Assembly (NCBI GenBank): GCA_016713035.1
Contig: JADJPW010000004.1
Coordinates: 467,578 to 531,577, forward strand
Source of the DNA: Verrucomicrobiaceae bacterium
Lineage (GTDB): Bacteria > Verrucomicrobiota > Verrucomicrobiia > Verrucomicrobiales > Verrucomicrobiaceae
DNA length: 64,000 bases
Reading direction: 5' to 3'
Under the pieces are notes generated by a model that was not told where the DNA came from, searched no databases, and was given only the letters and a program-made list of their open reading frames with translations. Positions 1-13,784 of this stretch are shown here, piece by piece. The number at the start of each line of letters is the position of its first letter. Positions within the stretch are counted from its first letter, which is position 1. The position numbers and the translations under genes were made by a program.

Positions 1-1803
1 CGCGTCCGAGAAAGAAGGTGGCTTTTTCGGACTCGACTTCGAGGTTTTGGGCGGCGCATTGGCGCAACAGACGCGGGACGTTGGGCTTTTGCATGAAGCC
101 GAAGCGACCTGTAACACGCCAGAAGCCTTCGCCGAGGTTTTCGACCTCGACGCGGCGACTCGGTGGCACCCCGGGCTCGTCTTAGGTGATCAAAGTCATG
201 AAGACAACTCGCTGATGGATGGCGTGGTAGTGCTTCAAACTATGCAACAGGGCAATCGGGGCACGCCCGCTGGTGCTGGTCATGAAAATAGCTGTACCGG
301 GCACTTGGATGACTTTCCCTGAGGCGAGGCTCTGAATGAGCATTTCCTGCGTGAGGGAGCTTTTTTCCATGGATGCACGCACCAGTCGGCGACCCGTGGC
401 CCAGGTAGTCATCACGATGAAGATGCCTGCGCCGACAGCGAGCGGGAACCATCCGCCATCGAAGAATTTCACGAGATTGGCGCTGAGGAAGGCGAGTTCG
501 ATGGTGCCAAACACGAGGCATAGCGGCAGCGTTTTGAGCACGCTCCATTTCCACAAATGCCGTGCGGCAAAGTAAAAGAGGATGGTGGTGATGAGCATGG
601 TCATCGTCACGGCTACGCCATAGGCAGCAGCGAGATTGGACGAGGTGCGGAAGGCAACGACGAGGGCTAGGCAGGCGAGCATGAGCACCCAGTTCACCAG
701 GGGGATGTAGATCTGGCCGCGAGCATGCTCGGAGGTGTGGCGGATGCTCAAACGCGGCAGGTAGCCGAGCTGCACTGCGGTGAGCGTGAGCGAGTAGGTG
801 CCGGTGATGAGAGCCTGTGATGCGATGACCGTGGCAGCGGTGGCGAGCAGCACGAGCGGCAGCATAGCCCAGCCAGGAGCCATTTGGAAAAAGGGCGAAT
901 GCGCCACTTCGGGGTTGTGCATCAAAAGGGCACCCTGACCGAGGTAATTGAGCCCTAGTGCTGGAAAAACGAGCGAGAACCAGCTGCGGCGGATCGGTCC
1001 GGCACCGAAGTGCCCCATGTCAGCATACAAGGCCTCCCCACCGGTCACGGCGAGGAAAACACTGCCGAGGATGACGAAGCCCGCATGACCGCCGGTCATC
1101 AAAAAGTGCCACCCATGCCAGGGATTGAAGGCGGCGAGGATTTCCGGCCCGCTAATGAGGTGCGAGGCTCCGAGTGCGCCGAGACTGACGAACCACAAGC
1201 CGGTGATCGGGCCGAAAAAGCGCCCCATTTTCGCGGTGCCAAGAAATTGGACTGAAAACAGCACGATGAGGATCACGATCGTGATTCCCATGATGAGCCA
1301 CTGCATGTGATGATTCCACGCCTCGGCCGCCAAAGCATCCGTCGGAGCCGCGCCGAGCACGCCACCGTCTTTGAGACCCTCCACGGCACTGAGCACCGAG
1401 ATCGCTGGCGTGATGATGCCATCACCAAACAGCAACGCGGCACCGAAAAGGCCTAGGAGCACGATCACCACACGGCGTTTCGAGTTTTCGCTCATGCCAT
1501 GCGAGGCCAGGGCCATCAGGGAGAGCACGCCGCCCTCACCTTTGTTGTCCGCCCGCAGAATGAAGATGAGATACTTCACACACACGAGCAATATGAGCGA
1601 CCAGAGCACCAGGAGACCACGCCGAGGATGTGCGCATGCGTGGGGTCGACGTGATGCGGGCTATGAGGGCTGAAGCACTCCTTCAGCGTATAGATCGGCG
1701 AGGTGCCGATGTCGCCAAAGACTACTCCCAGCGCCGCGATGACGAGGGTGGTGGTGGAGAGCTGGTGGAGGCCGTGTTTGTCGGGGTCACTCATGACGAG
1801 CAA
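1..1803 (-). pseudogene. kup: KUP/HAK/KT potassium uptake transporter, interrupted by a frameshift and an in-frame stop; the C-terminus runs off the window
   Basis: Motifs [55 protein letters not shown] and YGVAVT. One C is missing near 1614 (tcc-tgg where tcc-ctg-gtg is expected). A TAA at 182-184 is followed in frame by Kup-like sequence DEPGVPPSRRVEVENLGEGFWRVTGRFGFMQKPNVP. May be a sequencing artefact. Confidence 0.9.
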
Positions 1804-1990
1804 AGGCTGCGCGATAGGGCCGGATCTACCAGTGAAGGGCCGAATGCGCGGCGTTAAAAATGTGTGAAGCTGGTCTATTCCCTACCTGCGCCGCCCCGGT
1901 TATACAATGCGATTCTACTGATCAGGTAGGGGAGCGATCCGATGACATTCTTTTTGAGAAGCGGCTCAACACGCTCTACTCTCACGGCGC

Positions 1991-2407
1991 ATGAATTGGT
2001 ACATTGATCACGACGGCGCTGCCGAGGGACCCTACGACGAGTCACAGATGACCGCACTCGCACGGGAGCACCGGCTCGACTCAGAGAGTCTCGTCTGGCA
2101 TTCTGATTTGGAGGAATGGAGCACGGTGGCGGCACTCACTCCCACTTGGTGGAGTGCCACGCTGCCCGCCCACATGCCAGAGCCTGCCCCGGAGCCGAAA
2201 GTGCGTGGACCGATGAAAAAGATCGTCATTCCAGCTTCCGCTGAAGATGTGGCGGTCACTCCCGTGCCTATCTCCAATGGCAATGGCGAGGCCACCGCGC
2301 CGAAGCGCCGCCTCACTGCGCCGAAAGCGCCTACCATCACCGAAGCTGATGACAAGGCCTCTGGTGGCGTGCTCAAGAAGTTCTTTGGTTTCGGAAAAAA
2401 GAAGTGA
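1991..2407 (+). CDS. GYF_2 (DUF4339) domain protein with Pro/Ala-rich tail
   Basis: N-terminus WYIDHDGAAEGPYDESQM...SLVWHSDLEEW matches the GYF_2 pattern. Confidence 0.75.
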   Translation: MNWYIDHDGAAEGPYDESQMTALAREHRLDSESLVWHSDLEEWSTVAALTPTWWSATLPAHMPEPAPEPKVRGPMKKIVIPASAEDVAVTPVPISNGNGEATAPKRRLTAPKAPTITEADDKASGGVLKKFFGFGKKK

Positions 2408-2434
2408 TGGCTCTTTTTCGGTGCTGATGCGGCC

Positions 2435-3067
2435 TTACTCGATCCTGATTTTTCCGCCTTCCATCCGCAGCCTCACCTCGGCGAGCTGGACGGCCTCCGC
2501 CTCGGAGTGGGTAACGTGTAGAATGGTAAGGCGGTGCTCTTTTTGGATGCGTTTGAGCATGGCGGCGGCCTCTCCGCGCATGTCCTCATCTAGGGCGGAG
2601 AGGGGCTCATCCAGCAGCAGAATGTGCGGACTGGCGGCGAGTGCACGGGCTAGGGCCACACGCTGCTTTTCACCTCCAGAGAGATCATCCGGCATGCGCT
2701 GCAGCAGCGCCGTGATGCCTAGCTCCTCGGCGAGCTGATGCACGCGCTTCTCTGGAGGCATCCCACGCAGCAGCAGGGCAAAGCCGATCTGCTCCGCGAC
2801 TCGTAATCCGGGAAACAGGGCCAAATCCTGCGGCAGGTAGCCGATACCGCGCTCTCGTGGCTCCAGATCCGTCACGTCGCGGTCCTCCAGGCGGATGCGG
2901 CCACGCTGCGGATGCCGCAGGCCACAGAGGATCTCCAGCAGCGTCGTCTTACCACAGCCCGTGCGGCCCATGAGCACCGCGTAGGCTCCGCGCGGCAGTG
3001 TGAGCGTCACATCATCGAGGATGACGCGTCCACTGGTCTGCCAGGTGATGTTTTCGAGCTGGATCAT
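2435..3067 (-). CDS. ABC transporter ATP-binding protein (ModC/CysA-like)
   Basis: Walker A GRTGCGKTT, signature LSGGEKQRVALARAL, Walker B LLLDEP; ATGA overlap with the permease gene. Confidence 0.9.
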   Translation of the reverse strand: MIQLENITWQTSGRVILDDVTLTLPRGAYAVLMGRTGCGKTTLLEILCGLRHPQRGRIRLEDRDVTDLEPRERGIGYLPQDLALFPGLRVAEQIGFALLLRGMPPEKRVHQLAEELGITALLQRMPDDLSGGEKQRVALARALAASPHILLLDEPLSALDEDMRGEAAAMLKRIQKEHRLTILHVTHSEAEAVQLAEVRLRMEGGKIRIE

Positions 3068-3846
3068 GGTTTTTCTCCGGTAGTGCGCACGACGATGAGT
3101 ACGAGCATGGCCATCGCCACCATGAGCAGGCTCACGGCCACGGCGGCCTCCAGATTGCCCACGCTGAGTTCGAGCCAGACCGTGGTGGGCAGCACCTCTG
3201 TCTTCATCCGCGTGGCTCCGGCGAAGACCAGGATGGGCCCGAACTCACCCAGACTCCGCGCCCAGGCGATGCAAAAGGCCGCCACCATGCCACGCCGTGC
3301 CGCAGGCATCGCCACATGCCACAGTGCCTGAAAGCGTGTGCAGCCCAGCGTCAGCGCGACTTCCTCTGGCCGTGGTGAGAGATGGTCAAACGTCCCCCGC
3401 ATCGTGCGGATCGCGAATGATGCCGCGACCACGAACTGCGCCAGCACCACGCCACTCACCGTGTAGGTGAAGGCCCACACACTCTCGATTTGCTTCCCCA
3501 GCCATGTTTGGAAAAAAATCAGCAAACACAGCCCCACGACGAGGGGCGGCAGAATGATGGGGATGTCGAGCATCGCATCGACGAGCGCTTTGAAGCGAAA
3601 ATCCTTCCGCGACATGAGGTAGCCCACCGGCACGGCGAGCAGCAAAGCGAAGGCCGCCGCTGCGGTGCAGCTCACCAGGCTCAAAAAGGTCGCTTGGCGG
3701 ATTTCCGGTGATTGCAGCACCTTCAGCCAATGATGCGGTGTCGAGTAAGTCGCAGTGGCCCCGAGCAACAGCAGCCAAAACACGATATAAGCCCCCGTGA
3801 TGCACGCGAGAGCCAGCCAGCAGGCGTTGGAGCGATTGAGGCGCAT
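3064..3846 (-). CDS. ABC transporter permease (ModB-like molybdate/anion permease)
   Basis: DIPIILPPLVVG, EAA-like loop EEVALTLGCTRFQ and WARSLGEFG motifs. Confidence 0.85.
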   Translation of the reverse strand: MRLNRSNACWLALACITGAYIVFWLLLLGATATYSTPHHWLKVLQSPEIRQATFLSLVSCTAAAAFALLLAVPVGYLMSRKDFRFKALVDAMLDIPIILPPLVVGLCLLIFFQTWLGKQIESVWAFTYTVSGVVLAQFVVAASFAIRTMRGTFDHLSPRPEEVALTLGCTRFQALWHVAMPAARRGMVAAFCIAWARSLGEFGPILVFAGATRMKTEVLPTTVWLELSVGNLEAAVAVSLLMVAMAMLVLIVVRTTGEKP

Positions 3847-3975
3847 CAGGTTTTTCGGTGAGAGAGCATTAATGGGCGATACGAACGGACGTGGAATCGC
3901 CGATTTGACTCTGATTTACACCGCAGAGCTTGGAACGCCGCAGAGTAAAGGCTTCTGAATCAAGACTCGACAGTG

Positions 3976-6897
<2,922 letters not shown>

Positions 6898-7049
6898 GGG
6901 GCTGGGAAAAGGAGCGCGGACGTTAGCGGGGGCTATGGAGTGGTAAAGGAGGCGTTTCCCTGTCCGTATGAACTACGGGGATAAGGGAGGTGCAGGGCAA
7001 GATTGGGTAAAAAAGGTCCCCAGAGGGCTCATTTTCCTCAACTCCAGGC

Positions 7050-7078
7050 TTGAGAAACTTAGAATAAGTATGTATGCT
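7050..7078 (+). promoter_or_regulatory. Sigma70-type promoter with extended -10, upstream of the prepilin gene
   Basis: TTGAGA (7050-7055), 17 bp, TG-TATGCT (7073-7078); ATG at 7093; AT-rich context. Confidence 0.6.
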
Positions 7079-7092
7079 GTAATTACCATACT

Positions 7093-7524
7093 ATGAGTTA
7101 CCCGCTAAAGCGTATTAAAATTTACAAGCCAAAATCTTACGGTTTTAGCTTGATTGAGTTGCTGACGGTCATCGTGGTGATCGCTTTTCTAGCAACAATC
7201 GCGATTATGGGCTTTAGGGTAGCACATGAGGGTGCGAAGGAGCAAAGGGACAAGCGCAACGCTCAAGAAATCGCCAATGTGGCGTCCTTTGCCAGTGCCG
7301 CTGGGGCAAAATTCGTCGTGTCAGGAGATGAACAAGCCAGTATCTACAAGCTCAAAGATGGCTGCTCTGCTACCAGCGGAGCATTTAAGGGGCGGTTATT
7401 CCAAATCCCCAGCATGGGCGACGCTGAAATCACGGGAGCGATGCGCTTCCTGGCCCTCAGCGATCAGGATTTGATCTACATCCAGACAGAGTCCTCCGAA
7501 GGGAACTACTCCGCGAACCCATGA
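7093..7524 (+). CDS. Prepilin-type N-terminal cleavage/methylation protein (pseudopilin-like)
   Basis: GFSLIELLTVIVVIAFLATIAI class III signal; lower GC than neighbours. Confidence 0.85.
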   Translation: MSYPLKRIKIYKPKSYGFSLIELLTVIVVIAFLATIAIMGFRVAHEGAKEQRDKRNAQEIANVASFASAAGAKFVVSGDEQASIYKLKDGCSATSGAFKGRLFQIPSMGDAEITGAMRFLALSDQDLIYIQTESSEGNYSANP

Positions 7525-7588
7525 CCAGCGGGCGTGCCCCTGCATCTCTGTGTCAAAAATCACGGTGGTCGAAGCGTATAATTCGCCT

Positions 7589-10500
7589 GTGATTCGCCCC
7601 CTTTTCACTTTTCTTCTCGTTTCCTCCGTCCTCGCGGAGCCCATCGACTTTTCCAAGCAGATCCGCCCGATCCTGAGCGAGAACTGCTTCTTCTGCCACG
7701 GCCCCGACGAAAAGAAGCGTGAAGCTGGACTGCGCCTCGATGACGAAACCAGCTCCAAAAAGAGCAACGACGGCGTCATCGCCGTGGTTCCAGGTGATCC
7801 AGACAAGAGCGCCCTGATTGAGCGCATCGTGAGCACGGACCTGGATGAGATCATGCCGCCACCGAAGCAGCACAAGACGATCTCACCCGCGCAGGTGTCA
7901 CTTTTAAAAGAGTGGATCAAACAGGGCGCGAAGTGGGGGAAGCACTGGAGCTATGAGAAAGTCGTGAAGCCTGCGGTGCCAAGTGCTCAGTCCGGCAAAG
8001 TGAATCCGGTGGATGCGTTTCTGGCCCAAAGGCTGGCTAAAGAGGGGCTGAAGTTCTCGCCGAAGGCAGATGCCGCCACGCTCATCCGACGCGTGTCACT
8101 CGATCTCACCGGATTGCCCCCGACGCTCGAAGAACTCGACCGCTTCCTGCCCAAACTGCTGCGAAGCCGCGAAGCGAACACTGAGCACTCAGCACTGAGC
8201 ACTTATGACGAAATGGTCTCCCATTACCTCGCCAAGCCAAGCTACGGCGAGCACTGGGCCCGTCAGTGGCTGGACCTCGCACGCTACGCGGACTCCTCAG
8301 GCTATCCCAGCGACCAGCCACGTGAAATCTGGGCTTATCGCGACTGGGTGATCCGCGCTTTGAACTCGAACATGCGCTTTGATCAATTCACCATCGAGCA
8401 AAACGCCGGCGACTTGCTGCCGAACCCGACGGATGACCAGCTCATCGCGACTGCGTTTCATCGGAACACGATGACGCAAAATGAAGGCGGCACCGACGAC
8501 GAGGAATTCCGCAACGCGGCGATCATCGACCGCGTGAACACGACCTTCGCTGTCTTTATGGGCACCACGATGGCCTGTGCGCAGTGCCACACGCACAAAT
8601 ACGATCCCATCACGATCAACGAGTACTTCCAGTTCTACGCCTTCCTCAATCAAAGCGCCGACAGCGACAAAAAAGACGAGGTGCCGCTGCACAGCTTTGA
8701 CACGCCAGAGACGAAAAAGCAGCGCGAAACGCTGAAAGCCGAGATCGCTGCTTTGGAAGCCCAATTTGGCAAACCGGACGCCAAATGGCTCGCCGGGCTC
8801 GACGCGTGGGATCGCGGCTTTTCCCGTGATTTGGGCTGGCAGAGCCCGAAGCCGGTCAAAGTGAGCGAAAGCGGCGCGAAGATCGAAAACGATGGTCGCG
8901 TGCTCCTCGCGAAGAACAAGGATACGGCGAGCTACACGGTCGAACTGCCGCTCGCGGGCGACAAACTGAGCGCGTTGAGGCTCGAAACGGCTCCGCAGGC
9001 CGGTTTCGGCAATTTTGTGCTCACCAGCCTGAAGGCCGAGGTGGTGCCGCCAGATGCCAAATCGGCTCCGCTGACGCGATTTGTTCGCGTGGAGCTGCCC
9101 GGGCCGAAAAAGATGCTGCAACTCGCCGAGGTGCAGGTTTTCAGCGGCGCGGAAAACATCGCGCCAAAGGGCGTGGCGAGTCACAGCAGCCAGTATCAGG
9201 ACGCCGCGGCGAAGCGTGCGAACGATGGCAACACCGACGGCGACTACAAAAAGGGCAGCGTGTCGCACACGAGCGGGAACGACGACAATCCGTGGTGGGA
9301 GGTCGATCTGAAGGCCGCGAAGCCCGTCGATCGCGTGGTGGTGTGGAACCGGCTCGATGGCGTGAGCAAGCGTCTCGATGGGTTCCGCGTGGTGCTGCTC
9401 GATGAAAAGCGTCAAATCCTGTGGAAGAGCGAGGCGACACCCGCGCCAGAGAAGGAAAAGGCCTTTGCGGTGAGCGGACCGGTGGCCCTGAGCTTCACCA
9501 CCGCGCTCGCGGATTACTCGCAGAGTGGTTTTGAGGCCGTGAAGTTCCTGGAAGCCAAAAGCAAGGGCTGGGCCGTCGGTGGCGCGGCTGAAAAGCCGCA
9601 CACGCTCACGCTTTTGACGAACTCGCCCATCGTGGTGCCTGCGGGCGCGAAGCTGCGCGTGACTTTGGAGCAGAAGAGCGAGTTCAAGCAGCACACGCTC
9701 GGCAACTTCCGCCTTAGTTTCACCGGCGATGCTCGTGTGCAGCAAGCGGCGAAGATTCCCGCGAATGTCATCGCCGCGCTGGCGCAGTCGAAACGCACGC
9801 CGGAACAGCAGAAGTTCGTCACGGACTACTTTGTGCGCAACATCGCCAAAGAATCCGCCGCCGAGCGCACACGCCTCGCTGCGGCGACCAAAAGAACTCG
9901 CCGCGATCAAGCCGGTGACGGTGCCGATCATGCGTGATCTTGATCCGAAGCAGCGCCGCGTGACAAAAGTGCAGCTTCGCGGGAACTGGCAGTCTTTGGG
10001 CGATGAAGTGAATGAGGCCACGCCTGCGGTCTTCAATCCGCTGCCCGCGAACGATCCGCGCAATCGCCTCACGATGGCGAAGTGGCTCGTGAGCCGTGAC
10101 AATCCGCTCACGGCCCGCGTGACCGTGAACCGACTGTGGGAAAGCCTCTTTGGCACCGGCATCGTGCGCAGCAGCGAGGAGTTCGGCAGCCAAGGCGATC
10201 TGCCGTTTCATCCCGAGCTACTCGACTGGCTCGCTGCGGAGCTGATGGACAGCGGCTGGGACATCAAGCACCTGTTGAAGCTGATGGTGACGAGTGAGTC
10301 GTATCGCCAAAGCTCCAAATCGACTCCTGAACTCAACGAACGCGATCCCGACAACCGCCTGCTGGCTCGCGGGCCGCGTTTTCGTCCCACGGGCGAGTTG
10401 CTGCGTGATCAAGCGCTCGCCGTGAGCGGTTTGCTTTCGGAAAAAATGTTCGGAGTGCCCGTGCGCCCCGTCACGCCGAATCTCGGCCTCACCACCGCCT

Positions 10501-11000
10501 TTGGTCGCAGCAACGACTGGGAGGTCAGCAAGGGCGAAGATGCGCATCGCCGCAGCCTTTATACTGAGGTGCGGCGCAATTCGCCGTATGCGAGCTTCAC
10601 CACTTTCGACGCTGGCAATCGCGAGGTCTGCTTGATCCGCCGCAGCCGCACGAACACACCGCTACAGGCCTTCGTGACGCTGAACGATCCCGTCTTCATC
10701 GAAACGCATCAAGCGATGGCGCGGCGGATCGTCCGCGAGGCGAAATCCACGCCCGAACGCCTCACGCACCTCTTCAAGCTCTGTCTCAGTCGCGAACCCG
10801 TCGCACATGAGTTGACCGCGTTGACGCAGCTTCATGCGGAAAGCCTCGCGACGTATCAAAAGGACACCGCCGCAGCGACGAAGATGGCCACGGACCCTCT
10901 CGGACCCGCTGAAAAGGATGCCAACCTCCCCGAACTCGCCGCCTGGACCGCCGTGGCGAATGTGGTCATGAATTTGGATGAGTTTTTGATGCGCCGTTAA
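7589..11000 (+). CDS. Planctomycete cytochrome c + DUF1549 (PSD2) + lectin-like insert + DUF1553 (PSD1) protein, with an apparent frameshift near 9890
   Basis: CFFCHGPD haem motif, GEHWARQWLDLARYADS, CAQCHTHKYDP, NPLTARVTVNR and RRSNTP-like RRSRTNTPLQA. ORFs 7550..9937 and 9729..11000 join at an A-run. GTG start at 7589 is inferred, with TATAAT at 7577-7582. Confidence 0.9.
8161..8204 (+). repeat. Short tandem repeats inserted in frame in the DUF1549 region
   Basis: gcgaagccgcgaagcg, then heptamers ctgagca-ctcagca-ctgagca, encoding LRSREANTEHSALST. Confidence 0.6.
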
Positions 11001-11019
11001 CTTTAACCTGCCTGCTTTT

Positions 11020-12471
11020 ATGAACCCTGTTTTTCACGACCAACTCCAGTTCACCACGCGCCGCCAGTTCCTCGGAGCGACGGGGCAGTTCAGCCTCGGG
11101 GCCATCGCGATGCATGCGATGCAGCAGGAGGCTGCGGCGTTGCCGCAATCGACGAACCCGATGATCCCGAAGCATGGGCACCATGCGGCGAAGGCGAAGC
11201 GGGTGATCTATCTACACATGAGCGGGGCGCCGCCGCATCTCGATCTGTTTGATTACAAGCCGGAGCTGGTGAAGCGCAGCGGGCAGGACTGCCCGGATTC
11301 GATTCTCAAAGGGCGGCGCTTTGCCTTCACCACGGGTGTGCCGAAGCTGATGGGCACACCGCGCACCTTTGAGCGTTACGGCAAGGCGGGGATGTGGATG
11401 AGCGATGCGTGTCCGAACTTCCACACGATCGCGGATGATATCTGCATGGTGCGGTCGATGACGACGGACCAGTTCAATCATGCGCCAGCGGAGCTGCTGC
11501 TCTTCACCGGTCATGCGCGGCAGGGCAGGCCTTCCATGGGCTCGTGGGCGACGTATGGCCTGGGCACGGAGAATCAGGATCTGCCGGGCTTTGTAGCCCT
11601 CATCTCCAGCGGCACGCAGCCGAGCGGCGGGCAGGGCTGTTGGGGCAGCGGCTTCATCCCGAGCGTGTATCAAGGCGTGCAGTGCCGTAGCAAGGGCGAT
11701 CCCGTTTTGTTCGTGAGTGATCCAGCTGGCATGAACCGCGAGATGCGCCGCAAGACGCTCGATGTGCTGAATCAGCTCAACCAGCAGCAGGTGGCAGAGT
11801 TTGGACATCCTGAGACGGTCACACGCATCGCGCAGTATGAGCTGGCGTATCGCATGCAGACGAGTGTGCCAGAGGTGATGGACATCTCAAAGGAAAACGC
11901 GGCCACCCTGGAGGCCTACGGCGCGAAACCGGGCGAGGCGAGCTTTGCGAACAATTGCCTGCTGGCGCGGCGTCTGGTGGAGCAAGGCGTGCGCTTTGTG
12001 AATCTCTTCGACTGGGGCTGGGACTTCCATGGCACCGGCGAGGGCAACGGTATCACCACCGGCCTGACGAGCAAAATGGCCGCCACGGACAAGCCCGTGG
12101 CCGCTTTGATCAAAGATCTCAAGCAGCGCGGCCTGCTCGAAGACACGCTGGTCATCTGGGGCGGTGAATTTGGCCGCACGCCTTTCCGCGAGGGCCGCAC
12201 AGCGGCGAGCAAGGTGCTGGGTCGCGATCACTACCCGGATTGCTACACGCTCTTCATGGCAGGTGGCGGTGTGAAGGCCGGATTCGACTACGGCAGCACG
12301 GATGAGCTCGGTTTCAGCATCGCGGAGAACAAAGTGCATGTGCACGACTTCCAGGCCACGGTGATGCACCTGCTCGGCTTCGACCACGAACGCCTGACGT
12401 ATCGCTTCCAAGGCCGCGACTACCGCCTCACCGACATCCACGGGCATGTGGTGAAGGATTTGCTGGTGTGA
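11020..12471 (+). CDS. DUF1501 domain protein with Tat-like signal
   Basis: TRRQFL Tat motif, GAPPHLDLFDYKP, GEFGRTP and GRDHYP; the usual partner of DUF1549/DUF1553 genes. Confidence 0.92.
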   Translation: MNPVFHDQLQFTTRRQFLGATGQFSLGAIAMHAMQQEAAALPQSTNPMIPKHGHHAAKAKRVIYLHMSGAPPHLDLFDYKPELVKRSGQDCPDSILKGRRFAFTTGVPKLMGTPRTFERYGKAGMWMSDACPNFHTIADDICMVRSMTTDQFNHAPAELLLFTGHARQGRPSMGSWATYGLGTENQDLPGFVALISSGTQPSGGQGCWGSGFIPSVYQGVQCRSKGDPVLFVSDPAGMNREMRRKTLDVLNQLNQQQVAEFGHPETVTRIAQYELAYRMQTSVPEVMDISKENAATLEAYGAKPGEASFANNCLLARRLVEQGVRFVNLFDWGWDFHGTGEGNGITTGLTSKMAATDKPVAALIKDLKQRGLLEDTLVIWGGEFGRTPFREGRTAASKVLGRDHYPDCYTLFMAGGGVKAGFDYGSTDELGFSIAENKVHVHDFQATVMHLLGFDHERLTYRFQGRDYRLTDIHGHVVKDLLV

Positions 12472-12481
12472 GGAATGAATT

Positions 12482-12518
12482 AAAAAAACCGCCGGACTGC
12501 GATGCGCAATCCGGCGGT
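12482..12518 (-). terminator. Intrinsic terminator between convergent genes
   Basis: A7, then stem ACCGCCGGA/TCCGGCGGT; the U-tract is on the minus strand. Confidence 0.75.
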
Positions 12519-12554
12519 GTGGTGGATGAATCAGTTTTTTGAGGCAATCGCTGG

Positions 12555-13379
12555 TTAGTTGTTCAGCGGTGAGGAGGCAGGAGCAGAACCGGGGAGCAGC
12601 GGTGGGAAGCCATCACGGGCCTTGTTTTCTCCTTCGGGGGGAATTGGCGGCGATGGGGTCTTGCCGATGGTGCCACCGGGGAGCTCGGGCATGAGCACAT
12701 TCATGGTCGAGCCCTCTGTGGGCTGGGTGAACATGTCGAGCCCGGCACCGAGGGTGGGCACGGTGACGAGGCCTTTGGCCCCATCGAGGTCCACAATGCT
12801 GACGGAGCAGTCCTGCCGACCGATGACGATCTGGCTGCCGACCCAGGTGCGACCCGGGCGGATCTGCCCGGCGGCGCTGGCATTCCATTTCGGAGGCCAG
12901 GTGGGCTCTGCGGGGTTTTCATAGACGAGCGGGATGCCGCCATCACTGGTATCTGTGAGACCAGCGGTGATGGCCCAGTGTACTTCGCCGGGGAGCAGTG
13001 CCTGCTCGTAACCGGGGGAGGTGCCGATGACGCCATTGGGCTTGTAACCAGCGGGTGCCCCGAAGATTTTTTCTTCGGAGACGATGCGCTGGCGGATGAG
13101 GCTGCGGAAGGCCTCGTTGCTACTGCGTGCCGTATTGCCTGTGACCGGATCGGTGGCGGCATCAGGGTATTGGGAGCCATTCCGCTGGGCATACTGCTTC
13201 ATGGCCATGATGACCTGTCGGCAGTTGTTGATGGCTTCGGTTTGCTTGCCGGCTTTGAGCATCGTCTGGATGGCGGGCACCGACAACGCCGCGAGTGTGG
13301 CGATGATTGCGATGACCACCAGCAGTTCGATCAGCGTGAAGCCGCGCTGTCTGGCTGTGGGTTGTGTGTTCGTTTTCAT
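12555..13379 (-). CDS. Prepilin-type N-terminal cleavage/methylation protein
   Basis: RGFTLIELLVVIAIIATLAAL signal. Confidence 0.9.
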   Translation of the reverse strand: MKTNTQPTARQRGFTLIELLVVIAIIATLAALSVPAIQTMLKAGKQTEAINNCRQVIMAMKQYAQRNGSQYPDAATDPVTGNTARSSNEAFRSLIRQRIVSEEKIFGAPAGYKPNGVIGTSPGYEQALLPGEVHWAITAGLTDTSDGGIPLVYENPAEPTWPPKWNASAAGQIRPGRTWVGSQIVIGRQDCSVSIVDLDGAKGLVTVPTLGAGLDMFTQPTEGSTMNVLMPELPGGTIGKTPSPPIPPEGENKARDGFPPLLPGSAPASSPLNN

Positions 13380-13473
13380 GGTATGTGTATCTATGTTTTA
13401 TGTTATGCGGACACACGGCCTGGATGGCCGTGCATCCGGCGGGATTGGACCAGAAAACGAGGTGCCTGTGAAC

Positions 13474-13504
13474 AAAAAACCCGGAGGGGATGCCTCCGGG
13501 TTTC
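13474..13504 (-). terminator. Intrinsic terminator
   Basis: AAAAAACCCGGAGG-GGATG-CCTCCGGGTTTT, downstream of the small minus-strand gene. Confidence 0.85.
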
Positions 13505-13535
13505 ACATCAGTTAATGATGATATGAGGATGAGTC

Positions 13536-13784
13536 TTAGCTCTTCTTGGCTTCGATGGACTCGACTTTGCCGTGGCCGACTTTGGCGGTCACTTGCTTGC
13601 CGACGAGTTCAGCAGCGTTGGTCACAGCTGGGGTGAGCTTGAGAGTTTTGGTGCCGATGACGATTTCTTTCTTTTCAGCATCGACGCTCTTGAGCTTGCC
13701 GGAGACGTCTTCAGTCTTGCCGCAGCCTGCGTAGGAGGAGACGGAAAGGGTGACGAGTGCGAGGGTGGTAAGGATGGCTTTCAT
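13536..13784 (-). CDS. Small secreted OB-fold-like protein (82 aa)
   Basis: Signal peptide MKAILTTLALVTLSVSSYA; beta-rich V.GKLKSVD.EKKEIVI pattern; own terminator. Confidence 0.75.
   Translation of the reverse strand: MKAILTTLALVTLSVSSYAGCGKTEDVSGKLKSVDAEKKEIVIGTKTLKLTPAVTNAAELVGKQVTAKVGHGKVESIEAKKS

Noticed and set aside
1860-1935. c-di-AMP (ydaO) riboswitch upstream of kup
   Set aside because: A 9-bp inverted repeat (ccctacctg/caggtaggg) is present, but the characteristic GGGGUGAAUC and CCCGAAUCCGUCAGCUAACC segments are not visible.
3915-3940. ccgcagag direct repeat downstream of alaS as a mobile-element scar
   Set aside because: Only 8 bp x2, with no further copies or terminal structure seen in the window.
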